A DNA stretch of 64,000 nt from Candidatus Zambryskiibacteriota bacterium (GCA_003173855.1 PPGI01000008.1:10119-74118), one strand, 5' to 3'; shown: positions 18,449 through 28,547, counted from the first letter of the stretch. Numbers and translations are program-made. The notes: generated from the sequence alone by a model not told the origin.

Positions 18449-18892
18449 ATGCAAGCACACACATTAAAAAGAGTTCACCCAAATAAAAAGCGCCGAATCG
18501 TCGGTCGTGGAGGAAAACACGCTAAAACTTCGGGTCGTGGTACTAAAGGTCAGAATGCCCGCGCAGGACACAAAAAACGTCCAGAAATAAGGGATTTTAT
18601 CAAACGATTGCCAAAGCTCCGAGGACGAGGAAAAAACATAAACACATCAATTGAAACAAAGCCACATGTTATTAATCTTTCCGCTCTGGATAAAAAATTT
18701 AAAGCAGGTGACATTGTTTCTCCACAGACACTTTTAGAAAAAGGAATGATTGGAACTGTTTCTGGTAAATTGCCAAAAGTAAAAATTCTTGGAAGTGGAA
18801 GCGTAACAAATAAATTGACTATTAAAGGTATGCGTGTTTCCGAATCTGCACGACTTGCACTTGAGAAAGCTGGTGGCACAATAGAGAAATAA
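18449..18892 (+). CDS. rplO: 50S ribosomal protein L15
   Basis: KTSGRGTKGQNARAG, VKILGSG; follows rpsE directly (no rpmD). Confidence 0.98.
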   Translation: MQAHTLKRVHPNKKRRIVGRGGKHAKTSGRGTKGQNARAGHKKRPEIRDFIKRLPKLRGRGKNINTSIETKPHVINLSALDKKFKAGDIVSPQTLLEKGMIGTVSGKLPKVKILGSGSVTNKLTIKGMRVSESARLALEKAGGTIEK

Positions 18893-18893
18893 T

Positions 18894-20168
18894 ATGAAAG
18901 AATTTTTTAATAAAATTGCTCTCGTTTTCCAAGATAGAATTCTTCGAAAACGAATTCTTTTTACGCTTTTTGCTCTCGTTCTTTTTCGCGCGCTAGCTTC
19001 GATTCCAGTTCCAGGAGTTGATCACGGACGTTTGGCACAGTTTTTCTCTTCAAACGAATTTTTTGGCTTACTTAACCTCTTTTCTGGCGGTGGTCTTGCC
19101 CAACTTTCGATTGTGATGCTTGGCGTTGGTCCATTTATTACAGGCTCAATTATCATGCAGCTCTCGACAATGATGTCGAAAAAACTAAAGGAAATGTACC
19201 AAGAAGAAGGTGAAGCAGGTCGCCGAAAATTTGCACAATACGGTCGAATTCTTACTATTCCGCTTGCTATGCTACAGTCATTTACATTTATAAAAATTTT
19301 GCAAACTCAGCAAGTTATTCCACAGATTTCAACGTTAGCATTTGTTACAAATATTTTGGTTATCACTGCCGGTTCAGTTCTTCTAATGTGGATCGGTGAA
19401 CTTATTTCGGAATATGGAATTGGCAACGGAGTTAGTTTAATTATTTTTGCTGGAATCGTGGCAGCTCTGCCAACAGAGATTGGCCAACTGGCATTTTCAT
19501 TTGATGCATCACAAATTCCAGTATTTCTAGCAGCTTTGGTAATTGCAGCAATTGTTATTGTGACGGTTGTTGTTATTACAGAAGCCGAGCGGCCGATTCC
19601 AATTACTTATGCAAAGCAAGTGAGAGGCAATAAGATTTACGGAGGAACATCAACTTATCTTCCATTGCGAATTAATCAAGCAGGAGTTATTCCAATCATT
19701 TTTGCTCTTTCAATTCTTTCTTTCCCACAAATGATTTTAAAATTCTTGCAAAATATTTCTTCACACCCAGCACTTCAATCTGTTTCAACAACATTACTTA
19801 ATTTTCTAGCAAATGTTTGGTTTTATGATATTGCTTATTTCTTTTTAGTTTTTGTTTTTACATATTTCTATACAGCAGTGACATTTGATCCAGATCAGAT
19901 TTCTACAAACCTTCAAAAAAATGGTGCTTTCATTCCGGGAGTTCGGCCAGGCAAATCAACCTCAGAACACATTTCGCGAATTCTAACTCGACTGACTCTT
20001 GTCGGCGCACTTTTCCTTGGTTTTATAGCAGTTTTGCCTCTGATTATGCGTAATGTCACTGGAATTACGGCTGTTTCCATTGGCGGTACGGCACTACTTA
20101 TCGTTGTTTCCGTAGTTATCGACCTAATCAAAAAGATAGACGCCCAAATTTCAATCAGGGAATACTAA
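18894..20168 (+). CDS. secY: preprotein translocase SecY
   Basis: GIGNGVSLIIFAGI, AGVIPIIFA, FIPGVRPG, GGTALLIVV. Confidence 0.99.
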   Translation: MKEFFNKIALVFQDRILRKRILFTLFALVLFRALASIPVPGVDHGRLAQFFSSNEFFGLLNLFSGGGLAQLSIVMLGVGPFITGSIIMQLSTMMSKKLKEMYQEEGEAGRRKFAQYGRILTIPLAMLQSFTFIKILQTQQVIPQISTLAFVTNILVITAGSVLLMWIGELISEYGIGNGVSLIIFAGIVAALPTEIGQLAFSFDASQIPVFLAALVIAAIVIVTVVVITEAERPIPITYAKQVRGNKIYGGTSTYLPLRINQAGVIPIIFALSILSFPQMILKFLQNISSHPALQSVSTTLLNFLANVWFYDIAYFFLVFVFTYFYTAVTFDPDQISTNLQKNGAFIPGVRPGKSTSEHISRILTRLTLVGALFLGFIAVLPLIMRNVTGITAVSIGGTALLIVVSVVIDLIKKIDAQISIREY

Positions 20169-20295
20169 TTACAGCTCAGGTCTTTTTGTCTGATTTCTTT
20201 GTCACTCGCTCCGGTACTCCCTCACCTTACATTTGTAAGGCTCGGTTCGTTCCTCACTCGTTTCGCGAACTCAAACAAAAATCCTCTGAGTTTCA
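20169..20295 (+). repeat. rod-like hairpin, family A copy 3
   Basis: Follows secY stop; TCACCTTACATTTGTAAGGCTC identical to copy 2; CTCAG/CTGAG and TTTTTGT/ACAAAAA arms. Confidence 0.75.
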
Positions 20296-20324
20296 TACTT
20301 TATCGTTCGTGTTAATATAGAAGG

Positions 20325-20915
20325 ATGCCTCCACAAACTTTTATATTTATCGGACGATCTGGCTGCGGCAAGGGAACACAAGCAGATCTTTTAAAAAAAT
20401 TACTCAAAGAAAAAGATCCAAATGGAGAAATTTTATATGTTGAAACAGGAAACAATTTTCGTGAATTTATAAAAGGTGACAAATATTCAAACAAACTTTC
20501 AGCTGAAATTTATAAAAATGGTGATCGTCAGCCGGATTTTCTAGCAATTTGGATGTGGGCACATGTGGTACTTAATGAATTTAAAGGAACAGAACACTTA
20601 TTTTTTGATGGAACTCCTCGTTCACTTCCAGAAGCAATGGCTCTTACAACCGCACTTGAGTTTTATAATCGAAAAGGAATTGTTATCGACATAAATGTTT
20701 CTCGAGAGTGGTCAATTGAGCGAATGAAAGCTCGTGGACGTTTTGATGATTCAACGGAAGAGTTAATGATAAAAAGATTAAACTGGTTTGACAGAGACAC
20801 TTCACCGGCCGAGGCCTATTTTAGAGCAAATAATAATTATACTGTCATTGGATTGAATGGTGAACGTACTATTGATGAAATTCATAACGAGATTGTAAGT
20901 AGGTTAAAATGGTAG
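20325..20915 (+). CDS. adk: adenylate kinase (short LID)
   Basis: GRSGCGKGTQA, DGTPRS, RGRFDD. Confidence 0.92.
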   Translation: MPPQTFIFIGRSGCGKGTQADLLKKLLKEKDPNGEILYVETGNNFREFIKGDKYSNKLSAEIYKNGDRQPDFLAIWMWAHVVLNEFKGTEHLFFDGTPRSLPEAMALTTALEFYNRKGIVIDINVSREWSIERMKARGRFDDSTEELMIKRLNWFDRDTSPAEAYFRANNNYTVIGLNGERTIDEIHNEIVSRLKW

Positions 20916-20927
20916 TAGTATCACCTC

Positions 20928-21698
20928 GTGATTAACTTAAAAAGCCCAGAGGAAATAACGATTTTAAAAGAAGGCGGCAGGAGGCATGCTTATATTCTCG
21001 CGCAGTTAGGATCGAAAGTGAAACCTGGGATATCCACCCAAGATCTTGAGGATTATGCCCGGAAATTAATTCACGAGGGAGGAGACAAGGCAACACTCAT
21101 TAACTACACGCCTCGAGGGGCAAAAAGACCATACCCCGCAGCGCTTTGTGTTTCCATTAACGATGAAATTGTGCATGGAATCCCAAATGAAAATCCAAAA
21201 ATTCTAAAAGAAGGTGATGTTGTCTCAATTGATCTCTGTTTAACACACGAAGGGTTGATTACTGACGGAACTATTACAGTTGGTGTTGGGAAAATTGATT
21301 CGGAAGATAAAAAATTATTGGAAGTTTGCAAGGAAGCTCTCAATCGTGGAGTGAAAGCTGCTCGTGGCGGAGCCCACATCGGAGATATAAGTCATGCAAT
21401 CGAATCATTTGTTCGAGAACAAGGTTTTGGCATTGCAGCGGGTCTAGCAGGACACGGAGTCGGTTACAAAGTTCACGAGGAGCCATTTGTTCCAAACGAG
21501 GGGAGAGCAGGGCAAGGTGAGAAACTGGTACCAGGAATGGTTTTGGCAATTGAGCCGATGATTACTCGCGGCGGAGACAAAATTGTTCTCGCTAGTGATG
21601 GTTATACGTACAAAACTCGCGATGGTTCAAATGCAGCACACTTTGAACACACTGTAGCCATTACTGATGGTGATACTCTTGTGCTAACTAAAGAATAA
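20928..21698 (+). CDS. map: type I methionyl aminopeptidase
   Basis: SINDEIVHGIP, GHGVG, HEEP, AIEPM, AHFEHT. Confidence 0.98.
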   Translation: MINLKSPEEITILKEGGRRHAYILAQLGSKVKPGISTQDLEDYARKLIHEGGDKATLINYTPRGAKRPYPAALCVSINDEIVHGIPNENPKILKEGDVVSIDLCLTHEGLITDGTITVGVGKIDSEDKKLLEVCKEALNRGVKAARGGAHIGDISHAIESFVREQGFGIAAGLAGHGVGYKVHEEPFVPNEGRAGQGEKLVPGMVLAIEPMITRGGDKIVLASDGYTYKTRDGSNAAHFEHTVAITDGDTLVLTKE

Positions 21699-21715
21699 GT
21701 TAAAATAAAATTCTT

Positions 21716-22321
21716 ATGGCGCACGCAAAAAAAGAAAGAACGCTAGTTATCATTAAACCTGATGGAGTTCAAAGAACTTTGATCGGCGAAATAATTTCTC
21801 GTTTTGAACGAGTAGGTTTAAAACTTGTGGCAATTAAAATGATGGTAGCCAGTGAAGATCATGTGGAAAAACACTATACTCTTGATCCAGAATGGCGACG
21901 AATTACAGGAGAAAAAACCATCGCAAGTTATATAAAAAAAGGCGAGACGCCTTGGACAACAGATCCGCTTGAAGTTACAGATCAAGTTTTGAAAACTTTA
22001 AAAAAATACATCACTTCTGGTCCAGTTGTTGTGATGGTTTGGGAAGGAGCACATGCAGTCGAGTTAGTACGAAAACTTGTTGGTGGAACAGAACCGCGAT
22101 CCTCTGATGTTGGAACTATTCGAGGAGATTACGTTTTGGATTCTTATCTAATGGCAGATAGCGATAAACGTTCAGTCAGGAATTTAATTCATGCATCGGG
22201 GACAGTTAAAGAAGCAGAAATGGAAATCAAACATTGGTTTCATTCAAATGAACTTATTGAGTATAAACTTGTTCAGGAACAAATACTATATGATGTAAAT
22301 ATGGATGGTATCTTTGAATAA
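21716..22321 (+). CDS. ndk: nucleoside diphosphate kinase
   Basis: ERTLVIIKPDGVQR, GTIRGDY, RNLIHAS. Confidence 0.97.
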   Translation: MAHAKKERTLVIIKPDGVQRTLIGEIISRFERVGLKLVAIKMMVASEDHVEKHYTLDPEWRRITGEKTIASYIKKGETPWTTDPLEVTDQVLKTLKKYITSGPVVVMVWEGAHAVELVRKLVGGTEPRSSDVGTIRGDYVLDSYLMADSDKRSVRNLIHASGTVKEAEMEIKHWFHSNELIEYKLVQEQILYDVNMDGIFE

Positions 22322-22416
22322 TTCATATTTAATTAAATTTTCAGAAAAAAAGCGATACAGCACAAGAAAAAAATTTAACAAGTTGTTAATTTTTTTAGCG
22401 GCAGTATAATCAAAAT

Positions 22417-22557
22417 TGGTTACGTTAGATATTTTCCGACTAAATATATTTCAGGGAGCCTCATATCTTTGCACCACGATGAGCGTTAATTCGTTCTGAC
22501 GAGTGCAATTGCGGGCACCCACCTAGTATTTAAACTAGGGAAATATCAGCGTAACCA
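22417..22557 (+). ncRNA. ssrS: 6S RNA (compact)
   Basis: Closing stem TGGTTACG/CGTAACCA, GATATTTTCC/GGGAAATATC, central bubble, GGGAGCC/GGCACCC-ACCT, terminal stems; TATAAT 22405-22410; terminator 22560-22590. Confidence 0.8.
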
Positions 22558-22611
22558 TTTAAAAATCCCACAAATGTGGGATTTTTAAATACTTTAATGT
22601 ACAATTGGGCA

Positions 22612-23010
22612 ATGTTAAGAAAGCCGCTTTTTAGATCAGCTTTTGGTCTTTTACTTGTTATTTGGGCAATATTTATTATTGGCTATGAATTTTCATTAAA
22701 TTACTTTTTTTGGTGGTACGATTGCATTTTACATTTTCTTTCTGGTGGTTGTGTAGCAATGGGAACTATTTGGCTATGGGATTATTTTTTTCCGACAAAC
22801 AATAAACACAAATTAATTCTCGTTGGATTTATCGGCACTTTAATAGTTGGCCTTATTTGGGAAATTTTTGAAATTCATTACGGTTTAACATTTTTATCTG
22901 ACGGCATTATATATATTAGAGATACCGCTTCAGATTTATTGTTAGACGTTTGCGGAGGATATTTTGCAACGCTTTATTCGTTTAAAATTTTATTTAAAAA
23001 TGTTAAGTAA
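22612..23010 (+). CDS. membrane protein (VanZ/DUF2238-like)
   Basis: WYDxxLHF, WEIFE, DTxxDL motifs; ATG 22612 six nt after TACAAT. Confidence 0.75.
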   Translation: MLRKPLFRSAFGLLLVIWAIFIIGYEFSLNYFFWWYDCILHFLSGGCVAMGTIWLWDYFFPTNNKHKLILVGFIGTLIVGLIWEIFEIHYGLTFLSDGIIYIRDTASDLLLDVCGGYFATLYSFKILFKNVK

Positions 23011-24379
23011 AGAATTACAGCTAACTTTTTTTTCTGGCGTTGGGACAGTCACAGGTGCAAATTTTTTGCTTGAGACAATTTCGACTGGAATTTTAGTGGA
23101 TTGTGGTTTAACTCAGGGAACAGAAGAAGCAACAAAATTAAATCACGAACCATTTGGTTACGATCCGAAAATTGTGGATTTTCTTTTTATTACTCATGCT
23201 CATATGGATCATATTGGCCGAGTGCCGAAACTCGTTCATGACGGATTTTCTGGAACAATTTATTCAACTCCCGAAACAAAACAAATTTCAGAACTAATGT
23301 TTGCCGATGCTCTGAAAATCATGAATTCAAAGGAAAAAGAATTTAGTGATGGTACGCGAGAAAAACCTCTGTACGATGAAAATGATGTAAATCAAACGAT
23401 GTCACTTTGGAAAACCATTCCGTATCACGAATCTACAAAACTAAATGATGAGTTTGTAGTAAATTTATTGGATGCGGGTCATATTTTAGGCTCATCAATG
23501 ATCGAGTTTACATTCAATGGCAAAAAGATAACTTTTACAGGGGATAGTGGCAATTCGCCATCACCTTTACTTCGCGACACAGAAGCTATTACAAATACTG
23601 ATTACCTCATAATGGACAGTGTTTATGGAGACAGAAATCACGAGCCAAAAAAAGAAAGAGATGCAAAATTTAGGGAAATAGTAAGACAGTCAATTCAAGC
23701 CGGGGGCGCTCTAGTTATCCCTGCATTTTCGGTTGAGAGAACTCAAGTCATTCTTTATGAATTAAATAATTTGGTTGAACATGGCCAGATTCCAAAAGTG
23801 CCAATATTTCTCGACTCTCCTTTAGGTTCAAAAGTGACAGAAATTTATCGCGAAACTTATCGTGATTTTAATAGCGAAGCTCAAGGGCAAATCAAATCTG
23901 GTGATGATTTGTTTGATTTCCCAAAACTCTCCATCACTCATTCATCTCGCGAATCAAAAGACATCGAAAATACTCCAAATCCAAAAATAATCATCGCAGG
24001 ATCAGGCATGTCATCTGGCGGGCGAGTAGTCGGGCATGAAATAGCATTCCTGCCGGATCCTCGCAGTACAATTTTAATCGCCGGATACCAAGCACCAGGA
24101 ACGCTGGGTAAGCAAATCGAAGAAAAACCAAAAGAAATTGAAATAAATGGTGAAATTATTCCAGTTCGAGCAAAAATCGAGACAATTTCAGGCTATTCTT
24201 CTCACAAAGATTCAGATAACTTAGTCAAAATGGCGTCTGATACAGCTAAAACTGTTAAGAAAGTTTTTGTCGTAATGGGAGAACCCAAATCATCACAGTA
24301 TCTAGCTCAACGACTTCGTGACGAATTAAATGTTGATGCAATTGTTCCCGAACGCGCTAAGCCATACAAACTTTCATAG
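23000..24379 (+). CDS. MBL-fold/beta-CASP RNA-processing nuclease
   Basis: VDCG, THAHMDH, AGHILG, PAFSVER, SGMSSGG, YSSHKD. Confidence 0.93.
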   Translation: MLSKELQLTFFSGVGTVTGANFLLETISTGILVDCGLTQGTEEATKLNHEPFGYDPKIVDFLFITHAHMDHIGRVPKLVHDGFSGTIYSTPETKQISELMFADALKIMNSKEKEFSDGTREKPLYDENDVNQTMSLWKTIPYHESTKLNDEFVVNLLDAGHILGSSMIEFTFNGKKITFTGDSGNSPSPLLRDTEAITNTDYLIMDSVYGDRNHEPKKERDAKFREIVRQSIQAGGALVIPAFSVERTQVILYELNNLVEHGQIPKVPIFLDSPLGSKVTEIYRETYRDFNSEAQGQIKSGDDLFDFPKLSITHSSRESKDIENTPNPKIIIAGSGMSSGGRVVGHEIAFLPDPRSTILIAGYQAPGTLGKQIEEKPKEIEINGEIIPVRAKIETISGYSSHKDSDNLVKMASDTAKTVKKVFVVMGEPKSSQYLAQRLRDELNVDAIVPERAKPYKLS

Positions 24380-24457
24380 TTGGCACATCCCACTATTTAC
24401 CTTTCCGCCTAGAACATCCAACTATGAAAGTTTGTTTAATTCGTTATAATTAAAATC

Positions 24458-25678
24458 ATGGAACCTGAACAACCTATTGTTTCTCCTCCAATTCCAACAA
24501 TAAAATTCCCATGGGCAATGGCCGCACTTCTGATTTTCTTTACAATTTCAGGTATATTATTTTTTCTTACTCCACACAATTCACAAAAAGAATTAGCAGT
24601 AACAGATACTTCGAGTTGGAAAACGTATAATAATAATCAATTTGGTTTTAGTTTTAAATATCCTGACGGGTATATTGTTAGTAAGGAAAACGTTGTTATG
24701 GAACATAAATTTGTGAATAATGTTGATACATATGGATATGTTGGATTAAGTTTAAACAAGTCTGAAAATGGGGAAAATTTTCTACTATCATTCTATAGAA
24801 TACGTACAGATAAATCTTTGAATGAATTATCATCGGAAGATGAACAAGATTTTAATAAAGATAAACTTTTGGTTGACTCGTTCAAAAAAATTAAAATTGA
24901 TGGAATTGATGCAGTAAGAATTTATAATGATGATCCAACTGTAGATCAAGACACAGTTTATTTTGTTAAAGATAATTATGTATATAATTTTGATTATTTT
25001 GGATCAAAAACGAATTCAAATGATTTTGACGAAATAATCTCAACTTTTAAATTCATTTCCACTTCGACTCCGGATACTTCCGGTTGGAAAACTTATAGAA
25101 ATGATGAATTTGGTTTTGAAATAAAAATTCCAAATAATTGGATAATTCAAAAACAAAATCCAGATAAGTTGGAAGGAGACTTGGTGTTTATTTCTCCAGA
25201 GACTAAAGCTTCTGAAGATCAAAATGACAAAAATTGTGAGATATCAATAATCAAAAATTGCGTAATGGAACATTACGTAGGTATAGCTGGTGAAATTATT
25301 TTTTATGGAAAAGATTCTGAAGATGGGAAGGATCAAACAAATATTGTTTCAGCAGATGGAATAAAATTTAAGGTTTATAGAGAAGATTTGGGGGATGGTA
25401 TGTATGGTCCTCCAACCTACACAATTAGAAAAGGCGAAAAACTATTCAATTTTATTGCTGTTGACGATATAAGTACAAGGATTCTCTCAACTTTTAAATT
25501 CATTTCCACGCCAAATCAAACCCCAGAGCCTACACCTTCACCCACACCAACTCCGACAGGAGATGCGACAGGACAGCATTGTGGGGGCTTTATTAAAAAC
25601 CCACCACAATGCCCAACAGGGTACCAATGTGTGCTTAATAAAATTGCTGATTTAGGTGGAACTTGCCAAAAAATATAA
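24458..25678 (+). CDS. membrane-anchored protein with two PsbP-like repeats, PT linker and Cys-rich tail
   Basis: DTSxWKTYxNxxFGF twice; ISTFKFIST/LSTFKFIST; CGG...CPTGYQC...GTC. Confidence 0.8.
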   Translation: MEPEQPIVSPPIPTIKFPWAMAALLIFFTISGILFFLTPHNSQKELAVTDTSSWKTYNNNQFGFSFKYPDGYIVSKENVVMEHKFVNNVDTYGYVGLSLNKSENGENFLLSFYRIRTDKSLNELSSEDEQDFNKDKLLVDSFKKIKIDGIDAVRIYNDDPTVDQDTVYFVKDNYVYNFDYFGSKTNSNDFDEIISTFKFISTSTPDTSGWKTYRNDEFGFEIKIPNNWIIQKQNPDKLEGDLVFISPETKASEDQNDKNCEISIIKNCVMEHYVGIAGEIIFYGKDSEDGKDQTNIVSADGIKFKVYREDLGDGMYGPPTYTIRKGEKLFNFIAVDDISTRILSTFKFISTPNQTPEPTPSPTPTPTGDATGQHCGGFIKNPPQCPTGYQCVLNKIADLGGTCQKI

Positions 25679-25703
25679 TAAAATCCCGGAAGTTCCGGGA
25701 TTT

Positions 25704-26048
25704 TTACTTTGCGAGGGCGACTACTTTTTTGAAAACCTCTGGATTTTCAGTAGCAAGTGTTGCTAGAATTTTTCGATCTAAACCAACATTTGATTTCTTA
25801 AGCCCTCCCATTACTTTTGAATAAGATTTATTCATTCCTTTTAATGCGTAAGAGATTTTTGTATTCCACATCATTCGGCGATCAGATTTTTTATCTCTAC
25901 GATGATTAAAAGCATATGCTCCTGCATGGAGTAGGGCATCCTTTGCTTGTCGTTCCTTTTTAGATAATCCATGTCGAAAACCCTTTGTTCGAAACAATAT
26001 TGATCGGCGTCGCTTTAGGGCGTTTACTGCTTTCTTTACTCTTGTCAT
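25704..26048 (-). CDS. rplT: 50S ribosomal protein L20
   Basis: MTRVK, LDRKILA. Confidence 0.97.
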   Translation of the reverse strand: MTRVKKAVNALKRRRSILFRTKGFRHGLSKKERQAKDALLHAGAYAFNHRRDKKSDRRMMWNTKISYALKGMNKSYSKVMGGLKKSNVGLDRKILATLATENPEVFKKVVALAK

Positions 26049-26049
26049 G

Positions 26050-26238
26050 TTAGTTTTTTATGTAGAAGGCTCGGTCTTTGTTTGAAATATTCCAGCTGTA
26101 GCTTCGGTTTTTAGCTAATTGAGAGCGTCTTGATTCCTTTGCATTGAAATGATTTCGGCCCGTTCGACGTGCCAAAATCTTGCCACTTTTTGTGACTTTT
26201 AGTCTTTTTGTAAATGATTTGTTTGTTTTCGTGCTCAT
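26050..26238 (-). CDS. rpmI: 50S ribosomal protein L35
   Basis: KTNKSFTKRLKVTKSGK; operon position. Confidence 0.95.
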   Translation of the reverse strand: MSTKTNKSFTKRLKVTKSGKILARRTGRNHFNAKESRRSQLAKNRSYSWNISNKDRAFYIKN

Positions 26239-26287
26239 GTTTCCTGTTACTATCTACTGTTTACTGCTCACTTAAATTACTGTTCAC

Positions 26288-26797
26288 TTAAGCCCTTTCG
26301 ATTATTACACTTAATCCCTTCGGACTTTTCTTAGCTGGATCGGCAATTTTATAGTCCTCAGTGATTAATTTCAATACGCGTTCCATGCGTTCCCTTAGGA
26401 ACTTTTCGTCCATAAATTTGGTTCTACCTGGGAGAAAAAGGTCGATTTTAATGCGATTTCCTTCCTTTAACCATACCGACGCCTTCTTAGCCTTAAGAGA
26501 TAGATCGTGGTCTCCAGTGCCTACTTTTACCTGAATATTCTTGATTTCAACCGTGTGAGCTTTGTTTTTTGCTACCTTAAGCTTCTTTGATTCAGCGTAT
26601 TGAAATTTACCATAATCCATGATTTTTGCAACCGGAGGGTTGGCTTTAGGGCTTATTTCAATAAGATCTAAGCCTGCTTCTTTTGCTTTCTCGATAGCAT
26701 CACGAAATGAAAGTACTCCAAAGTTTTCTCCATTGGCTCCAATTACTCGGAGTTCAGGAGCAGTTATCTGGTTATTTATTCTTATATTTACTGACAA
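26288..26797 (-). CDS. infC: translation initiation factor IF-3 (non-ATG start)
   Basis: INNQI, PPVAKIMDYGKFQY; TTG (or upstream ATA) start. Confidence 0.97.
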   Translation of the reverse strand: MSVNIRINNQITAPELRVIGANGENFGVLSFRDAIEKAKEAGLDLIEISPKANPPVAKIMDYGKFQYAESKKLKVAKNKAHTVEIKNIQVKVGTGDHDLSLKAKKASVWLKEGNRIKIDLFLPGRTKFMDEKFLRERMERVLKLITEDYKIADPAKKSPKGLSVIIERA

Positions 26798-26950
26798 TTT
26801 CTCTTTTATTATTAATTAATATTGCCAAAACAATAACATATTTTGACTATATTACAAATTAGATTTATTCATATCCACAGCTATAAGACTTAGCCTATCA
26901 TTTATTGATATAATATCTTTAAGAAGATTTATTATTTATTTAAATTTATT

Positions 26951-28006
26951 ATGAAAAAAATTATCTCAACCCTGGTAGTTTCTCTTACGCTTTTAGCTCC
27001 GGAAATGATCCAAGCGGATATTCTTTCTACTGTTCCTCTGGCTCCTGCAGCAACTACTACTCCAGCTTCAAGCCCATTATCATGTTTTAATTTTACTAGG
27101 ACTTTGAAGTCGGGAAGTACATTATATGATGTTCGTGCCTTGCAATATGCAATGCAGAAAGAGGGTTTCAGCATTCCAGTTTCAGAATACGGCAGATTCG
27201 GAGACGCAACTCTAGCTGCGGTAAATGCATTTCAGCAAAAATATGCAAGTGATATTTTAACAAATGGACAGTCTCCAACGGGAATGGTTGGTCTGAATAC
27301 CAGAAGGAAACTAAATTCATTATATGGTTGCGATGTTGTTGTTCCAGTTGCTCCAATGACGGTTCCTACCAATGTTTCATTACAAATTAAAAATGTGACG
27401 ATCGATAGCAATGGAGTTACTGCAACATTCTGCAATCAAAGTCCAACTGCCATTCCGGTATTTCCTGCTCGTGTAAGATTAAACGGAATCATTCGTGATT
27501 TCGATATCACAGCTGCTAGGGGGCAGGGAGCATGTGATACGGTTACATTTCCTTATGCAACGTGGGGTCTAACTTTTGATCCATCTTCAACTTACGGGGT
27601 GGTTACTGCACTTGACCCAAATGGAATGTATAAAACAAGTTCTATTGTATACCCATTAAGTACAACAACAACATTGGCAATTCCTGCTATTGACGGTGCT
27701 CATCTGTCAGTTCGAGGTGTCTTTATTAAATCGAGTGGTTTGCAAGGAACTTTTTGTAACTTAGGAACTACAGACCTAGCTTCTTATCCAGTTAGGGTAG
27801 TCCTTAATGGAGTTACAAAAGATTTTGAGGTTCCTGGCGCATATATGCATGGCAAATGTTCAACCGTTACTTGGACATATGATAATTGGGGAGTTTCATC
27901 TACTACAGGTACGTATGTTTCAGCTACTGTAAATATTGATCCTAATAATATTATTAAGGAAACAAACGAGTACGATAACTCAGCTTCTATTTCTGGAACG
28001 ATATAA
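26951..28006 (+). CDS. secreted peptidoglycan-binding-domain protein with CARDB-like repeats
   Basis: Signal peptide; VRALQ...TLAAVNAFQ...TGMVGLNTR; IDPNNIIKETNEYDN. Confidence 0.8.
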   Translation: MKKIISTLVVSLTLLAPEMIQADILSTVPLAPAATTTPASSPLSCFNFTRTLKSGSTLYDVRALQYAMQKEGFSIPVSEYGRFGDATLAAVNAFQQKYASDILTNGQSPTGMVGLNTRRKLNSLYGCDVVVPVAPMTVPTNVSLQIKNVTIDSNGVTATFCNQSPTAIPVFPARVRLNGIIRDFDITAARGQGACDTVTFPYATWGLTFDPSSTYGVVTALDPNGMYKTSSIVYPLSTTTTLAIPAIDGAHLSVRGVFIKSSGLQGTFCNLGTTDLASYPVRVVLNGVTKDFEVPGAYMHGKCSTVTWTYDNWGVSSTTGTYVSATVNIDPNNIIKETNEYDNSASISGTI

Positions 28007-28068
28007 TTAAGCTTAAGCTTATGTTATTAAAAACAAAAACCGCCTTCGCGGTTTTTGTTTTGTATTTG

Positions 28069-28441
28069 TGGAGATGGTGGTATCGAAACCACGTCCATAT
28101 ATAGAATTGAAACGAATCTACAGTGCTTAGGATATTTAATTGTTTAAAACACAAAGCTTAGAACAGCCAAAATACTTTGTATTCGAGTTCCTATTTTTCG
28201 GAAGTTTCCGGAACAAGGAACTTCTATAACCTCAATTTATATCAATCAACTTCTCGTATGAGATATGAGAGAAGCGACCGTCCCTTAGGCTAAAGCGTAA
28301 GAGAAAGTATAGGCTCCGTAAGGAGAAACTACACCCTTAGACAAGTTTTTTACACTTAATCTTTCCAAACCGTTTTAGGAGAATTTGGTGCTCCGCATTG
28401 CACGTATCAATGTCGAATATATGTCAAAACCTGTCATCCCC
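28069..28441 (-). ncRNA. ssrA: tmRNA
   Basis: Acceptor GGGGATG/CATCTCC-A with G3-U wobble, T-arm, tag frame ending YALA-stop, adjacent smpB. Confidence 0.95.
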
Positions 28442-28536
28442 GCTCTTTGTACGCGACTACAGAAAGTGCCACATATAAATTATTTCTTTTATTTTTGTGT
28501 TTACTGCACTAACAATTTCGTGTCCAAAGAGCGGGG
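28438..28536 (-). repeat. CCCCG...CGGGG palindromic element overlapping the tmRNA 5' end
   Basis: CCCCGCTCTTTG 28438-28449 / CAAAGAGCGGGG 28525-28536, perfect 12-bp inverted repeat plus imperfect extension. Confidence 0.75.
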
Positions 28537-28547
28537 CAGGCCCCTAC

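Noticed and set aside
26795-26797. Non-ATG start of infC as a novelty
   Set aside because: Well-known IF3 autoregulation feature
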